In this document: positions 11,324 to 21,709 of the stretch, in pieces | How the letters are laid out: every line of letters starts with the position of its first letter | Numbering within the stretch: position 1 is the stretch's first letter | Source of the DNA: Fistulifera solaris | Taxonomy: Eukaryota | NCBI GenBank assembly: GCA_030295235.1 | Contig: AP026169.1 | Span: 806,001 to 870,000 of the forward strand | Direction: 5' to 3' | DNA: 64,000 nt | Translations under genes and position numbers: made by a program | The notes under the pieces: generated by a model | What the model was told of the DNA's origin: nothing | The model's database searches: none | The model's input: the letters and a program-made list of their open reading frames with translations, nothing else

Positions 11324-13941
11324 TCATTGACTCATCACAGTTCCTTCGCTTGCTCTACGACGCATTAAAATATGATCGTCGGAGGGTCTTGGCAGTTGTG
11401 CCGACGGATCTGTTTTCTTCCAGTGCCGTCCCGCCCAACTCAATAATAAGTCACGATCATCCGGTGGATAGGCCTGTGTATATTCTTTCAAAATGGAATT
11501 CGCGTTCTGTTCATTCACATCGGCGATGTAGATTGTCGCGGCCAATCGCATTTCGTTATGCCGTCGATAATCGACGGCCGAAGTGGCATGGACCGCACCA
11601 TCGCCCATCATCGAACCTACTTCGTATTCGTATCGATACCGACCAACAATCCGGTCCTCCTTATCGTCAAATCCATCCTCAAATGATGCACCTTCGACCA
11701 AATCCAATTCAGGGCCCGTGTGATTGGCCAACAACAATGGAACAATGACGTTATATGTTTTGGCACCTGTCCACAAGACATCGTGGTGCTGATAACCCTC
11801 GGTCGATTGAGATACGGCAATGAAAGTGACATGAAACGCAACCAATCCGTCCATGCCTAAATACTTGCCCACACCGTCCAGCACAGTATCAAAGCCAGAT
11901 GCCGACAACGCTTGCAAGTAATGTTCGTGCGAATGCTCGTCACCGGGTGACAGCCAATGCAAATTTGATCGCCATTCGGGTCCGGGTCGTTGTAAATACC
12001 ATTTTGTACCATCCGCTAAAGGCAAATATCCATTTTGTCGTGCTTGCAAGGCATTGCCTTCAATAGTCACGTGTCGAAATACATCCATGATGCCCATGGA
12101 TTCACAATATTCAAGCAAGACTTGTCGGACAGAAGTCGGAACGCCGACACGAAATGCCCAGGGCGTAACAACTTGAGCAGACGACTGCCACCGAATGGGC
12201 GCCATCATCCCGGGTGTTAATGGTGAGGCAATGAAATCACCGTATGGTTGCGGATCTGGTAGGAGCCAATGTCGCGGATAAAAGTCGCCGTGCAATGGTA
12301 CACTGATTTCGTGACGAAAGGCGTGGTCTGAGTACTCGGGGAGTGTGTACGGTCGATTTATTAGTCGAATCGCCTCGCGTGGAATCTGCGTCACCTGAAC
12401 TGCTGTTTTCAGCACACCGCATTCGAAGGTTCGCGAATACTTTCCATAGGATGTACAACGACTGTGTAATGCAAATTCTCGTCGTCCAGTCGCTCAAGAA
12501 TGTCACACGGACGCCAACAGTAGGATAGAGTTGGGTTTTGCCAAATAGCGACGTTGCTTGGTTCTTCGGAAGCATTCATGTTCATAAAATGGCACGCTGT
12601 TTGCAAATACGATGGCAATGTTGTTGTGGACAATGGCTCCCATGCATGTTGTTGCTTATACTCGTCAGCTGTGACAAATGCTTCTCTTGGTAGCTCTTGC
12701 ATTTGCTGTTGATGTTCATTCCAAGCCGCATCCCAATCCATTCCATAATCCAAAAGGATTTCGTCACCGGGTTTTATGTCTCGCAAAGCCACATATTCCA
12801 TGACGAGATAATATCCATCCTCCCCGAAGGCCATTTCGAGTAGTTCCATAACTGGATACGACTCCGATGCTAACAAGGTGTCCGCATGACCGTATTGACG
12901 AGACCATTGCATTCCAACATTGGGCAAAATTTCCGACTCGTGACTAGCACTTGAAGCGTGCTGAATGAAATTACTCCCGGGTGCCATGGGCCACAACAAC
13001 ACATTAGAGTCATCTCGTCCGTAGACATAATTGGTGAACAATTGTTGACGCCGTACATGAGTATTGTTGAATTGAATGCCATGTCCCCGTGCGAATTGCG
13101 GCAGTCGATTTTCATTCGCACCGGTGGGATAACTGGAACGTGCGTGTTGCTGTACCACATTCAATTGACTCCGATCTAACAACAGAACGGGGGAATGCAT
13201 TACAACTTGTCCGGTTGAGACGTGTTGCTTCGAAAAAGCCCCGTGTCCTCCAATGGACGAGGGCTGTACCGACACGGTATCCATACACATGCCCTGCTGC
13301 AGCAGATCATCAAAAGTCCGCGAAGCGTTTCGGTTGTACAGTCGCATCATTTTCTGATTGTTGGCTCGACATGGCGTCAACAAGACTTCTCCCGGACGAA
13401 TGTCTCGTATCGCCCGTGCTTGAATGAGTTGTCTGGTGGACGCCGAACCATCTCCTTGACGATTGTGGTGATCAGCTGGAACTGCAATGAGCTCAATATT
13501 CGCGTATTCCGATCCTCCGCATTCGGTAAGCGATCCAATTCCTCCCAACAAGATGTCATGCAAGTAATTGGTTTCCCATAAAGCCTCCGGATACAATACA
13601 TTCTCTTCGCTTGTTGTCGTGTACGACAAAGGATCCCATACCAAATCATGCCACGGACTGTATTCATTTGGATTCGCATCCGTAATAGATAAAAAGAGAT
13701 CCAGACTTCCTAGTAAAGATCCTGCTGTGATGGTTACGGCACTGTATAACGTCCATTGATGAGGATTCCATGGCGATGGACTGAAATACATTTGACAGGG
13801 AGTATTTTCTTCTTCGGAGCAGTTCTCGTTTGTTTTGTAGCAAACAGGAGCTTCTCTTTGTTCCTCGGAAGATGAAGAGACAAGAAACAGCAACCATGTT
13901 ATTATGAGATAAGAAATGTTTTTCATCGTCATCGTTATCAT
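11324..13941 (-). CDS. Secretory-pathway protein: two SET-like domains fused to a C-terminal 2OG-Fe(II) dioxygenase-like domain
   Basis: Signal peptide. Degenerate SET 1 (AIRDIRPGEVL). SET 2 has GGHGAF, NFIQH and ALRDIKPGDEILLDYG. A 1-nt loss near 12428 links the ORFs (IREPFECGVLK...IPREAIRL...AFRHEI). The C-terminal domain has HHD...VHAT...MRLAATIY. Confidence 0.8.
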
Positions 13942-14494
13942 AGAGTTTTTTTTGCCTTCTTTATTGCGATTGTTTTTCTCTATTTCAATCTGAAAACATG
14001 GACTGGACTACGATTTTAACGCTTGATCACATTCACATGGAATGTAATTATAAGCGAAGAATACGGACAACAATTTCCGAATGCTCTTGTAAACGAAAGG
14101 CAAATCCGAACACTTGGTCGACAATAGTAGTATGGTAGGGGAAAAAAGGAGAATAATAGCCGCGACAATTTTTCACAGCCGAAGAAATAACGCTCAAATC
14201 CGAACGGTACACTCTATCGTTTCAACGGACGTCGACCTTCTACCCCATTAGAAAAACTAAGGACGGCATGCTACCTGGTAGAAAAGACGTGATAACCTAT
14301 CAAAAATTTACCTAGAAGGATAATCAAAGCGAACATTTGTACCTTGATAGCACTCGGTGCACTAACTTACTGATAGCTGCTTATTGGTTACATTATCCAC
14401 ATTACATTATTTGTTCGGCGTTATATAGCAGACGACTGGAAGGATTCCAAAAGAAGCCGTTCATTGAAAAATACGCTTGCCCCCATCAAGCTTA

Positions 14495-15745
14495 TTAGTC
14501 CTCACAGCTTCCCTTGCCTTGGTTCGATTGCAACAGCAGTAGCATTTCTTCATGAATGTCTTCCTGTAGTCGACGTTTCGTTGCCTCGTCACAAAAGGCA
14601 TACTCCATTGATTGTTCCACCAGACGGCATATGATTGAAACATTCAAATCAAAGGCTCGACACAGCAACCACAATTCTTTGGTAGGATTGGTATCAAAGA
14701 CCCCCGGATCGTCCGTCCCGATGGCAAGAGGATATTGCGTATCCAGCCATTCGCGCAATTGGGGATGTTGTTGCAAACCTTCCATCAAGTGTCCTCGCAC
14801 GTGTTGGGCCAATTCCAAGGTCATGACATTACTCGTGGGACATGTTTCGACGGGAATACGACGTTCTTGCGACGACCAGAATGTATTGGGGACAAATAAT
14901 GCGTGTCCCAAGCGATCGGGGTGAAAGTCCAACATGGCCTGTACTTCACTGTAGGTTGAACATGACGTCTCATCAGCATGGGTGATGTTACTCGTCATAT
15001 CACAATCGGCAACCTCACCACAGTGCAATGTAATACGCAAACCGGCTTGTCGTGCACGCTCCAAATGTGGTCGAAAGCAATGAAAATCACCACGAGTCGG
15101 ATTTCCTCCCAAATCCATTCCGACGATTCGATCGGCGGACAGGGTGCTCTTTCGAAAAGCAATAGCCAAATCGACGTTTTCACAGGCTTCCTCTTCCGAT
15201 AGTGAGCGATCGATCGCTACAATCAAACGGCACGTCATTGATCGAGTGTAACTTTGCTCAAATTCGTTCATGACACCCAGAACCGTCTCTAAATACGTTC
15301 GTTTGTCGCATTCGGCATTCAATACTTTGGGCGTTGTGCGCAATTCCAGATACACAACATTATGCGCAGCAAAGTCGTGCAAAGCTTCGAGCGTGATACG
15401 CCGTAACGAATCGACATCATTAACACATCGAGGAATTTCCGCAAACATATCAAAGCAGTCTTGTAACGATCGTGGCTGTACATTGTACAAGAGGGCGTCT
15501 TCATCGTCGTCACCTTGTATTAAAGTCTGATCGTTATCATTCTTCTTTGTAGGCTGAAAGTGATGTGATGACAACGTGACACATTTTTCTTCCGCCAAGG
15601 CGAAGAGTGTTCCGGGACGGATGCAACCATTTAAATGAGCGTGCAATTCCACTTTGGGGATTTTCTGGAGAAAGAAATAGAGTGATGATGATGCTCGTGG
15701 CCCAATGTTGTTATGATAATTGCCTTTAAAATCGTTCTCTTTCAT
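14495..15745 (-). CDS. ADAL: Adenosine deaminase-like protein (ADAL/MAPDA-type N6-methyl-AMP deaminase)
   Basis: PKVELHAHLNG, YLELRTTPK, LHCGE, RLGHA, ETCPTSN and GTDDPGVF. HAHLNG is typical of the ADAL subfamily. Confidence 0.88.
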   Translation of the reverse strand: MKENDFKGNYHNNIGPRASSSLYFFLQKIPKVELHAHLNGCIRPGTLFALAEEKCVTLSSHHFQPTKKNDNDQTLIQGDDDEDALLYNVQPRSLQDCFDMFAEIPRCVNDVDSLRRITLEALHDFAAHNVVYLELRTTPKVLNAECDKRTYLETVLGVMNEFEQSYTRSMTCRLIVAIDRSLSEEEACENVDLAIAFRKSTLSADRIVGMDLGGNPTRGDFHCFRPHLERARQAGLRITLHCGEVADCDMTSNITHADETSCSTYSEVQAMLDFHPDRLGHALFVPNTFWSSQERRIPVETCPTSNVMTLELAQHVRGHLMEGLQQHPQLREWLDTQYPLAIGTDDPGVFDTNPTKELWLLCRAFDLNVSIICRLVEQSMEYAFCDEATKRRLQEDIHEEMLLLLQSNQGKGSCED

Positions 15746-16061
15746 GCTCAAATAATAGTAGGTTTAACATCATACGGATTATACTTGTACTCCGTAATAG
15801 GCACCATCATCGATCATCGTAACATCATCACGATCATCGCATCACATCGGAAGTTATGAGGACTCCTTTACGACGGCAGTACAGGCGGGCTGGGAGCGAC
15901 GACCGGAAAAAGCTAGTTTACAAAAGAGGTACCAATACGGTACCGGTACTTGTTACTTGTTACTCGTCACCTCGTCTCGTCACTCATCACTCATCACTAC
16001 TGTTATCTCCAAAGTGTTAATGTCATCACTCCGATTAGCGAACAAACAACAAAATCCTAAT

Positions 16062-16330
16062 TATAGTTCGACACTATCTCAATAACCAAATACGGAGTAA
16101 CGAATATCGATATTCACGTTAATATAGCGTATTATATCAGAGCCATTTTTTCCAATGTCGATATTTGTCGATATTCGTACGCCTAACAGACGGATTTTAG
16201 GCACTTTACGCTAAAATGGCTGAATGCGGGCGAAGACAGACGGTAGCCGGTATTAAAATCGGTTATTATATCGTATAATACAATATTGATAATCGTAAAA
16301 ATCCAAAATTTCGATATTTGTCGAACTATG
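16062..16330. mobile_element. 269-bp non-autonomous DNA transposon (MITE), hAT-like
   Basis: TIRs TATAGTTCGACA (16062-16073) and TGTCGAACTATG (16319-16330), 11/12 complementary. Flanking direct repeat ATCCTAAT at 16054-16061 and 16331-16338. AT-rich, non-coding, with internal CGATAT repeats. Confidence 0.8.
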
Positions 16331-17661
16331 ATCCTAATTAATCGTTTACGTACAATATTTGTTTTTTTTTATGTCCGAAATACTTAAGAGAAAGAAAGGC
16401 CTGAGGGCTAAGCGCTAAGCTGTTTCAGGATTGGGGTCATCGAAAACAGCGCGACCGACTGCTCTATGGAGCACTAAGTACTACGTACATGATCTCAGAA
16501 GATGATTCAGTAAAAAAGACAACTTTTAGCCATTTCTCCGGACTTGGGTCTTCATCAAGCTCCTCTCTTCCAAAACAAGCAATTGCGAACCTGCGACACC
16601 TATTCTCAGAGGTGTTGTTGCACAACTTCTTACAAGTCGAAACGAAAGCAGGGACACCATGAAAGTGTCCGACGATCCAAGGCCTCACTCGTTGACGAAT
16701 GAGTTGCGGATATCCAGCTCGTCGTCCCTGCCGGAGGTACATGTCAACCCACAACACTCTACTGTCCGTGTTGCTGCGGCGAATAAAAAGAATTGTCACG
16801 CCAGCGACTGATTGACACTCTTACGCAGGCACTGGCTTTGCTGAAGGAGGACATGGAAGGTGATCCTGGCGACAAGCTGTAACTTTCTTCGCGGAGAAAT
16901 TGCGAAAGCCTTCCTTGATTCTCCAATCGACAGCATCGAGTAAAAGTCATGTTGGACTTTTTCCATGTCCTAAGAATATATGTTTGTCTTTCCATTGCAT
17001 ATTATTGTAAATGCAAGATTCTAGCCACCTTGTTTGGCGTTTGCCTCATAGTAGTAGTCGAATTCAGCTTAAGGAAGGAACGCAGGCCGAAAGCTAAACA
17101 GTTCATAAAAATGCTGTGTGTCTCGGTCTTCTTTTGCCTTCCTTTCTGGACAACATCCAACTTCCACCGCACACTGTTTCGAGCCAATAAGCTATGGTCG
17201 GAACGGATGGAGTAATGAGCCATGAGATGGCACTTTCTGTCACGAGTCAAGGATGACGTCGATGATGCAGAAAACAAGAAGACGTCTCGTTTCTCGTTTC
17301 GTTGACGTGTCGCCTTTGTTCGACTCCGACTGCAATGACGCAATGACTTGAACAACTAATGACTGATACATTTCTTTATGGCATTCAATCGTCGCCCGAA
17401 GTTGGAGATACTAAAAAGAATTTAGTACTACAACAAGCAACACAGATGTGGACTAGGCCACGACTGGAGTGGATTGCGCAAAACGAAAGTGGTCCATTGC
17501 CCATCAACTTTTTCAATCTTTCCGCATTGTACAAAAACATTTGCTTTGTATTTTTGTTTCCCTCTCTTTTCGATTTGACCAAAGAAGTCTTCATATTCAT
17601 CGAAGTTTCATCGAAGAAGCATTAAAAAGAGTCATCAGGTTCACTCTACAACAAAGTCAGC

Positions 17662-18675
17662 ATGCTTCTTCACTTGTTTCTCGTTCTACTCTCGTTGGCG
17701 AGGCCTTTCTCTGTGGATGCCTTTTCCATTCATCAGCGACCTCGCCATCAGACTTCCTTGTCTCCTCTTTCCTTTTCCATTCCTTCTTCGATTGATTTCT
17801 CAGACGCCCTATCTTCCGTTTCATCGTCGAGTCTCTCTATCAGCGGCGATGAATCACTGATCGAAAGCACAATACAGGCAGCTGCAACCCAATTGATGGA
17901 GGCAAAATTGTTTACAGGGATGGCTCACGTGACTCTGGATCTCGCAGCTTTTGTATCTCGTGGAACGGCATGGTTACGTCTTGGTGCCGTCATGGGACGC
18001 CTCTTTGTGATCGGAGCGGATTACATTCCCGATCACTCGATTAATACAGATGAATTCTTGTTTCAAATAACAATGATGTCCATCTCTTTGATTGGGCTCG
18101 CGCATTCAATATTGCCCGCGCTTCTTGCGATGACTTTTCCCACCAGCAAAGAAACTTTGATGAAAGACGGGCGTGCCTTTCAAGTGCTTTTTCGAAGTGT
18201 CGGTCTCACTTGGTTTCAATACAAGTCGCTGGTGGCGTCTCAGGCTTTGGAATGGATCTCAGTACCTCCTAGGCAAGTCATTACCAGCGAAGAAGACAAT
18301 CAGAGCGACGACGGAGTTTACTGGTTGTATCAAGGTGAAGTACGGGTTGAATCGCAAGGGCAGCATTTGCACAATGTAACGCGCCGCGTGGCGCCGCGTC
18401 TCTCGGATGCTAGTTTGGGTCTGTTTGGGGAAACACGCTTGGTGGAAGACCCGCAGAGTTTCCCACCTACGACTCTCACAGCTGGAGATACAGGAGCAAT
18501 TTTATTGCGCATTCGATCCGGAAAGCTCAAGTCACTCATGGCCCATGATGTTCATATAGCGGAATCGGTGCGCAAATTGCTTTTTCGCAGCATGCAAGAA
18601 AAACTCAAAGCTGCCCTTCTTTGCAATCGTAATCCCACGATTCCTTCCAACTTTTGCTCATATATGCCTGCATGA
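17662..18675 (+). CDS. Putatively plastid-targeted membrane protein with cyclic-nucleotide-binding-like (Popeye/cNMP-like) C-terminal domain
   Basis: Signal plus VDA-F and an S-rich transit peptide. Hydrophobic helices, then VYWLYQGEVRV...GLFGE...TTLTAG, resembling a cNMP jelly-roll. Confidence 0.65.
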   Translation: MLLHLFLVLLSLARPFSVDAFSIHQRPRHQTSLSPLSFSIPSSIDFSDALSSVSSSSLSISGDESLIESTIQAAATQLMEAKLFTGMAHVTLDLAAFVSRGTAWLRLGAVMGRLFVIGADYIPDHSINTDEFLFQITMMSISLIGLAHSILPALLAMTFPTSKETLMKDGRAFQVLFRSVGLTWFQYKSLVASQALEWISVPPRQVITSEEDNQSDDGVYWLYQGEVRVESQGQHLHNVTRRVAPRLSDASLGLFGETRLVEDPQSFPPTTLTAGDTGAILLRIRSGKLKSLMAHDVHIAESVRKLLFRSMQEKLKAALLCNRNPTIPSNFCSYMPA

Positions 18676-19409
18676 TCACGAATACAATTCATATAGATAT
18701 AGACCATAGATTAGATAGACTTTACAACATTAGATGCCTTAAATCATAGCGACTAATCAAATTACCGCAAAGGTAGCAATAGTTTTCCCAAGTCGGTCGA
18801 TGACTCAGCATTTAGCAAACAAGACTGACAGTGGGAGCGCAAAAGCTGAAACTCCGACCAACCAATCAACGTAGAACGGTCCAACGGTTCGTGTTTTCTA
18901 TGAAAACGGGTGTGACTATGTAACGATTAAATTGACTTAAAGACTGAATACCGATGTGGTTTGTGGATTTGTGGTTTTAATTTTTACGGTACGGTACCGG
19001 TACTCACTCTGGGGGTAGCTCCTTCGGTTGTCGGAGAAACAGACGGACGGAAGTCATGAGTCGTGAGGAGTCGTAAATAGTTGTTGTGCGTTATACGAAA
19101 TAAGAGCAGATGGTCCAAAAAACGCATCAAAGAAACGCTTGTTCTTGTTTGATACATGCAGTACTAATTGAAACGATACCCTATCACATCCACAAGAAGC
19201 ACGAGTTTCGATTGTGTCAACGCAAATTATCAAACTTCCAGAACTTTCGTTGATTGTATCCATCATGGATCTACTACTACCTGGTATGAAAAGTCAATCG
19301 AAAAACAAACGTGATGGCTTCGCAGTAATCCTTGTAAAGATCGCGATCTACAGGCTGTATCCACACGTTCATTACAAGTACATCGGGAGGCGCCTTTAAC
19401 TTGATCATC

Positions 19410-21000
19410 ATGGACGATTACGAAGAAGGAGTTCAATGGTAGGTGCGCTTTTGTAATCTCCTTTTAGCTACTTAATCAAATTGTTGACAAAGTATCCCAG
19501 CTTTGACGCTCTTCTGTACTGATTTCAATGAATACAGTATCTTCAATTGGAATTTGTCATTTTACCGATTTACTAAACGCTTCATTTTTCTTACTTTATT
19601 GCTCTCAATCTCAGGAAAAAGTACAACGAGTACAAGATCAATGTCGATCCTTACCAAGATGACAAGGCCACGGAAATCAAACTTTGTAGTTTCGCTCGTC
19701 CGCACATGCGCGCTTTTCACATGGCATGGATAGGGTTTCACATGGCGTTTTTCATTTGGTTCTCCGCGTCACCACTTCTTTCGGAAATCCGTGAGGATCT
19801 GGGCTTATCTAAAAAGCAGATATGGAGCACATCAGTGATTGCGGTCGGTGGAACCATACTCTTTCGTTTCATCATGGGTCCAATGTGTGACAAAGTCGGG
19901 CCTCGTATCCCCTTTGCCTGTGTACTCATGTTTTGTTCCATTCCGACGGGTCTTACGGGTCTCGCCGACAGCTTCAACTCTCTACTTTTCATTCGATTAC
20001 TGATTGGTATTGCCGGATGTACGTTTGTCATGTGCCAATATTGGACGAGTCGTATGTTTACGAAGAATGTTGTCGGCACGGCCAACGCGATGGTCGGCGG
20101 ATGGGGGAATCTGGGCGGAGGAGTGACACAGCTCGTGGTCGGATCCCTGCTTTTTCCGCTGTTCAAATTTTTTTACGATGGTGATTCGGAAAAGGCGTGG
20201 CGTACGGTCTGTGTCGTCCCCGCGGTCATAACCTTCCTCGTTGCCCTTTTGATCTTATTAATTACAGAAGACGCTCCCAAGGGCAATTACGGCGACATGA
20301 AGAAACACGGTGTGATGCCTGATATTTCTGCTGCAGCATCTTTTCGGTCGGGAGCTCTGAATTTGAATACCTGGATTTTGTTTTTCAATACGCCTGTTGC
20401 TTTGGTGTCGAGTTGACGATGCAAAATGCGGCTGCACTCTACTTTACGGACGAATTCGGTCAGTCGACCGAGTCGTCTGCCGCCATTGCTTCTATCTTTG
20501 GCTGGATGAACTTATTTGCGCGTGCCATGGGCGGTTTCTCCAGTGATTGGGCCAATCGCAAGTTGGGGATGAAGGGTCGCATTCTCGTTCACACCATTTG
20601 TCTCTTTGGAGAAGGTGCATTAGTGGTTCTCTTTGCGAATACGCAATCACTTGCCGGTTCAATTTGCGTGATGATTTGTTTTGCGATTTGCGGGCAAGCA
20701 GCGGCCGGTACATCGTTTGCAATTGTACCTTACGTGGATCCTACCGCTACCGGTTCGATCGCCGGGCTTGTCGGCGGAGGGGGTAATTGCGGTGCTGTGG
20801 CATTCGGCATGGCGTTCCGCGAGCTATCTTACAAGCAAGCCTTTACTATTATGGGTTTTTGCATCATTGGTTCCGCCGTTTTGTCGGTATTTATCAAGAT
20901 TAAAGGCTGTTCGTCTTTGTTGCTGGGTGGTGTAGACGATAGACCTGCCTCAAAGGATTCTACGCTTTCCGTTCCCGGACCGCAACAAGATGCCGCATAA
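19410..21000 (+). CDS. NRT2: High-affinity nitrate transporter NRT2 (copy A)
   Basis: Exon 1 at 19410-19438, intron 19439-19614. Motifs ARPHMRAFH, FVMCQYW, ANAMVGGWGNLGGG and FGWMNLFAR. A 1-nt loss in a T run near 20385. Confidence 0.95.
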
Positions 21001-21206
21001 CAGAAGTATACGTGTGCCTCATTATATTATTATGAAACGCAGTCTTTGATTGCCCTTTCATGATGTCTTGGACTAGTTGTTACGGAGTAGTGTCATTGTT
21101 TGTGTCACGCGAAACGAGAATGGGACTATGTTAAGGTTAGAATTAAATTCTTCACAGAAATCAGTATACGTCATAAGGTTAGAGTTGACGTTTCTGCGGT
21201 TACTGC

Positions 21207-21524
21207 TTCCGGAACCACAGACTCTTCTTTCCGAAGGAACTTGGCGGCGTTCCGAGAACTTCCGGAAGCATCCTGTGACGGACCGGTTCTGCCAACACAC
21301 ATTGTTGCAGTCAAATAGTGTTTTTGTTCTTGAACGACGAGCATTTTTACGCCACGCATGCAAGAAGTCGGCAGTACTTTGAGTTTCGGATTGGCCAGAA
21401 GTGAGAGACACTTGACTTTAGCATACTCCGGGGTAAAATAGAACAGCATACAAAGTACAGAATAGGTGGTAAACGCCAAACCGGTACTCAATTTTACTAG
21501 GGAAATACGAACTTCCTGAAGTTC
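21207..21524. promoter_or_regulatory. Cluster of palindromic (GAAC)TTCCnGAA(G) elements upstream of NRT2 copy B
   Basis: TTCCGGAA at 21207, GAACTTCCGGAAG at 21256 and GAACTTCCTGAAGTTC at 21509. A related AACTTCCAGAA lies at 19233 upstream of copy A. Confidence 0.4.
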
Positions 21525-21709
21525 GCGTCCTTGCTTCTGTCGCGCATTTCGGAAGTGCGACAACGAAGTTTCAAAAACCTTTTCATTCACCTCTAATCAA
21601 CTGCTTTTTTCTGTTTTTGGAAGTGGTCACATTTTCGACATTGGTTCATTTTTCATCTTTCTTTTTGATAATCACCTTTTGAATCTATTTTTGTGTGTGA
21701 AACGAAACG

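Noticed and set aside
15800..16020. CATCAT/CATCAC and TACTTGT/TCACTCA micro-repeats
   Set aside because: Short degenerate simple repeats with no higher-order structure.
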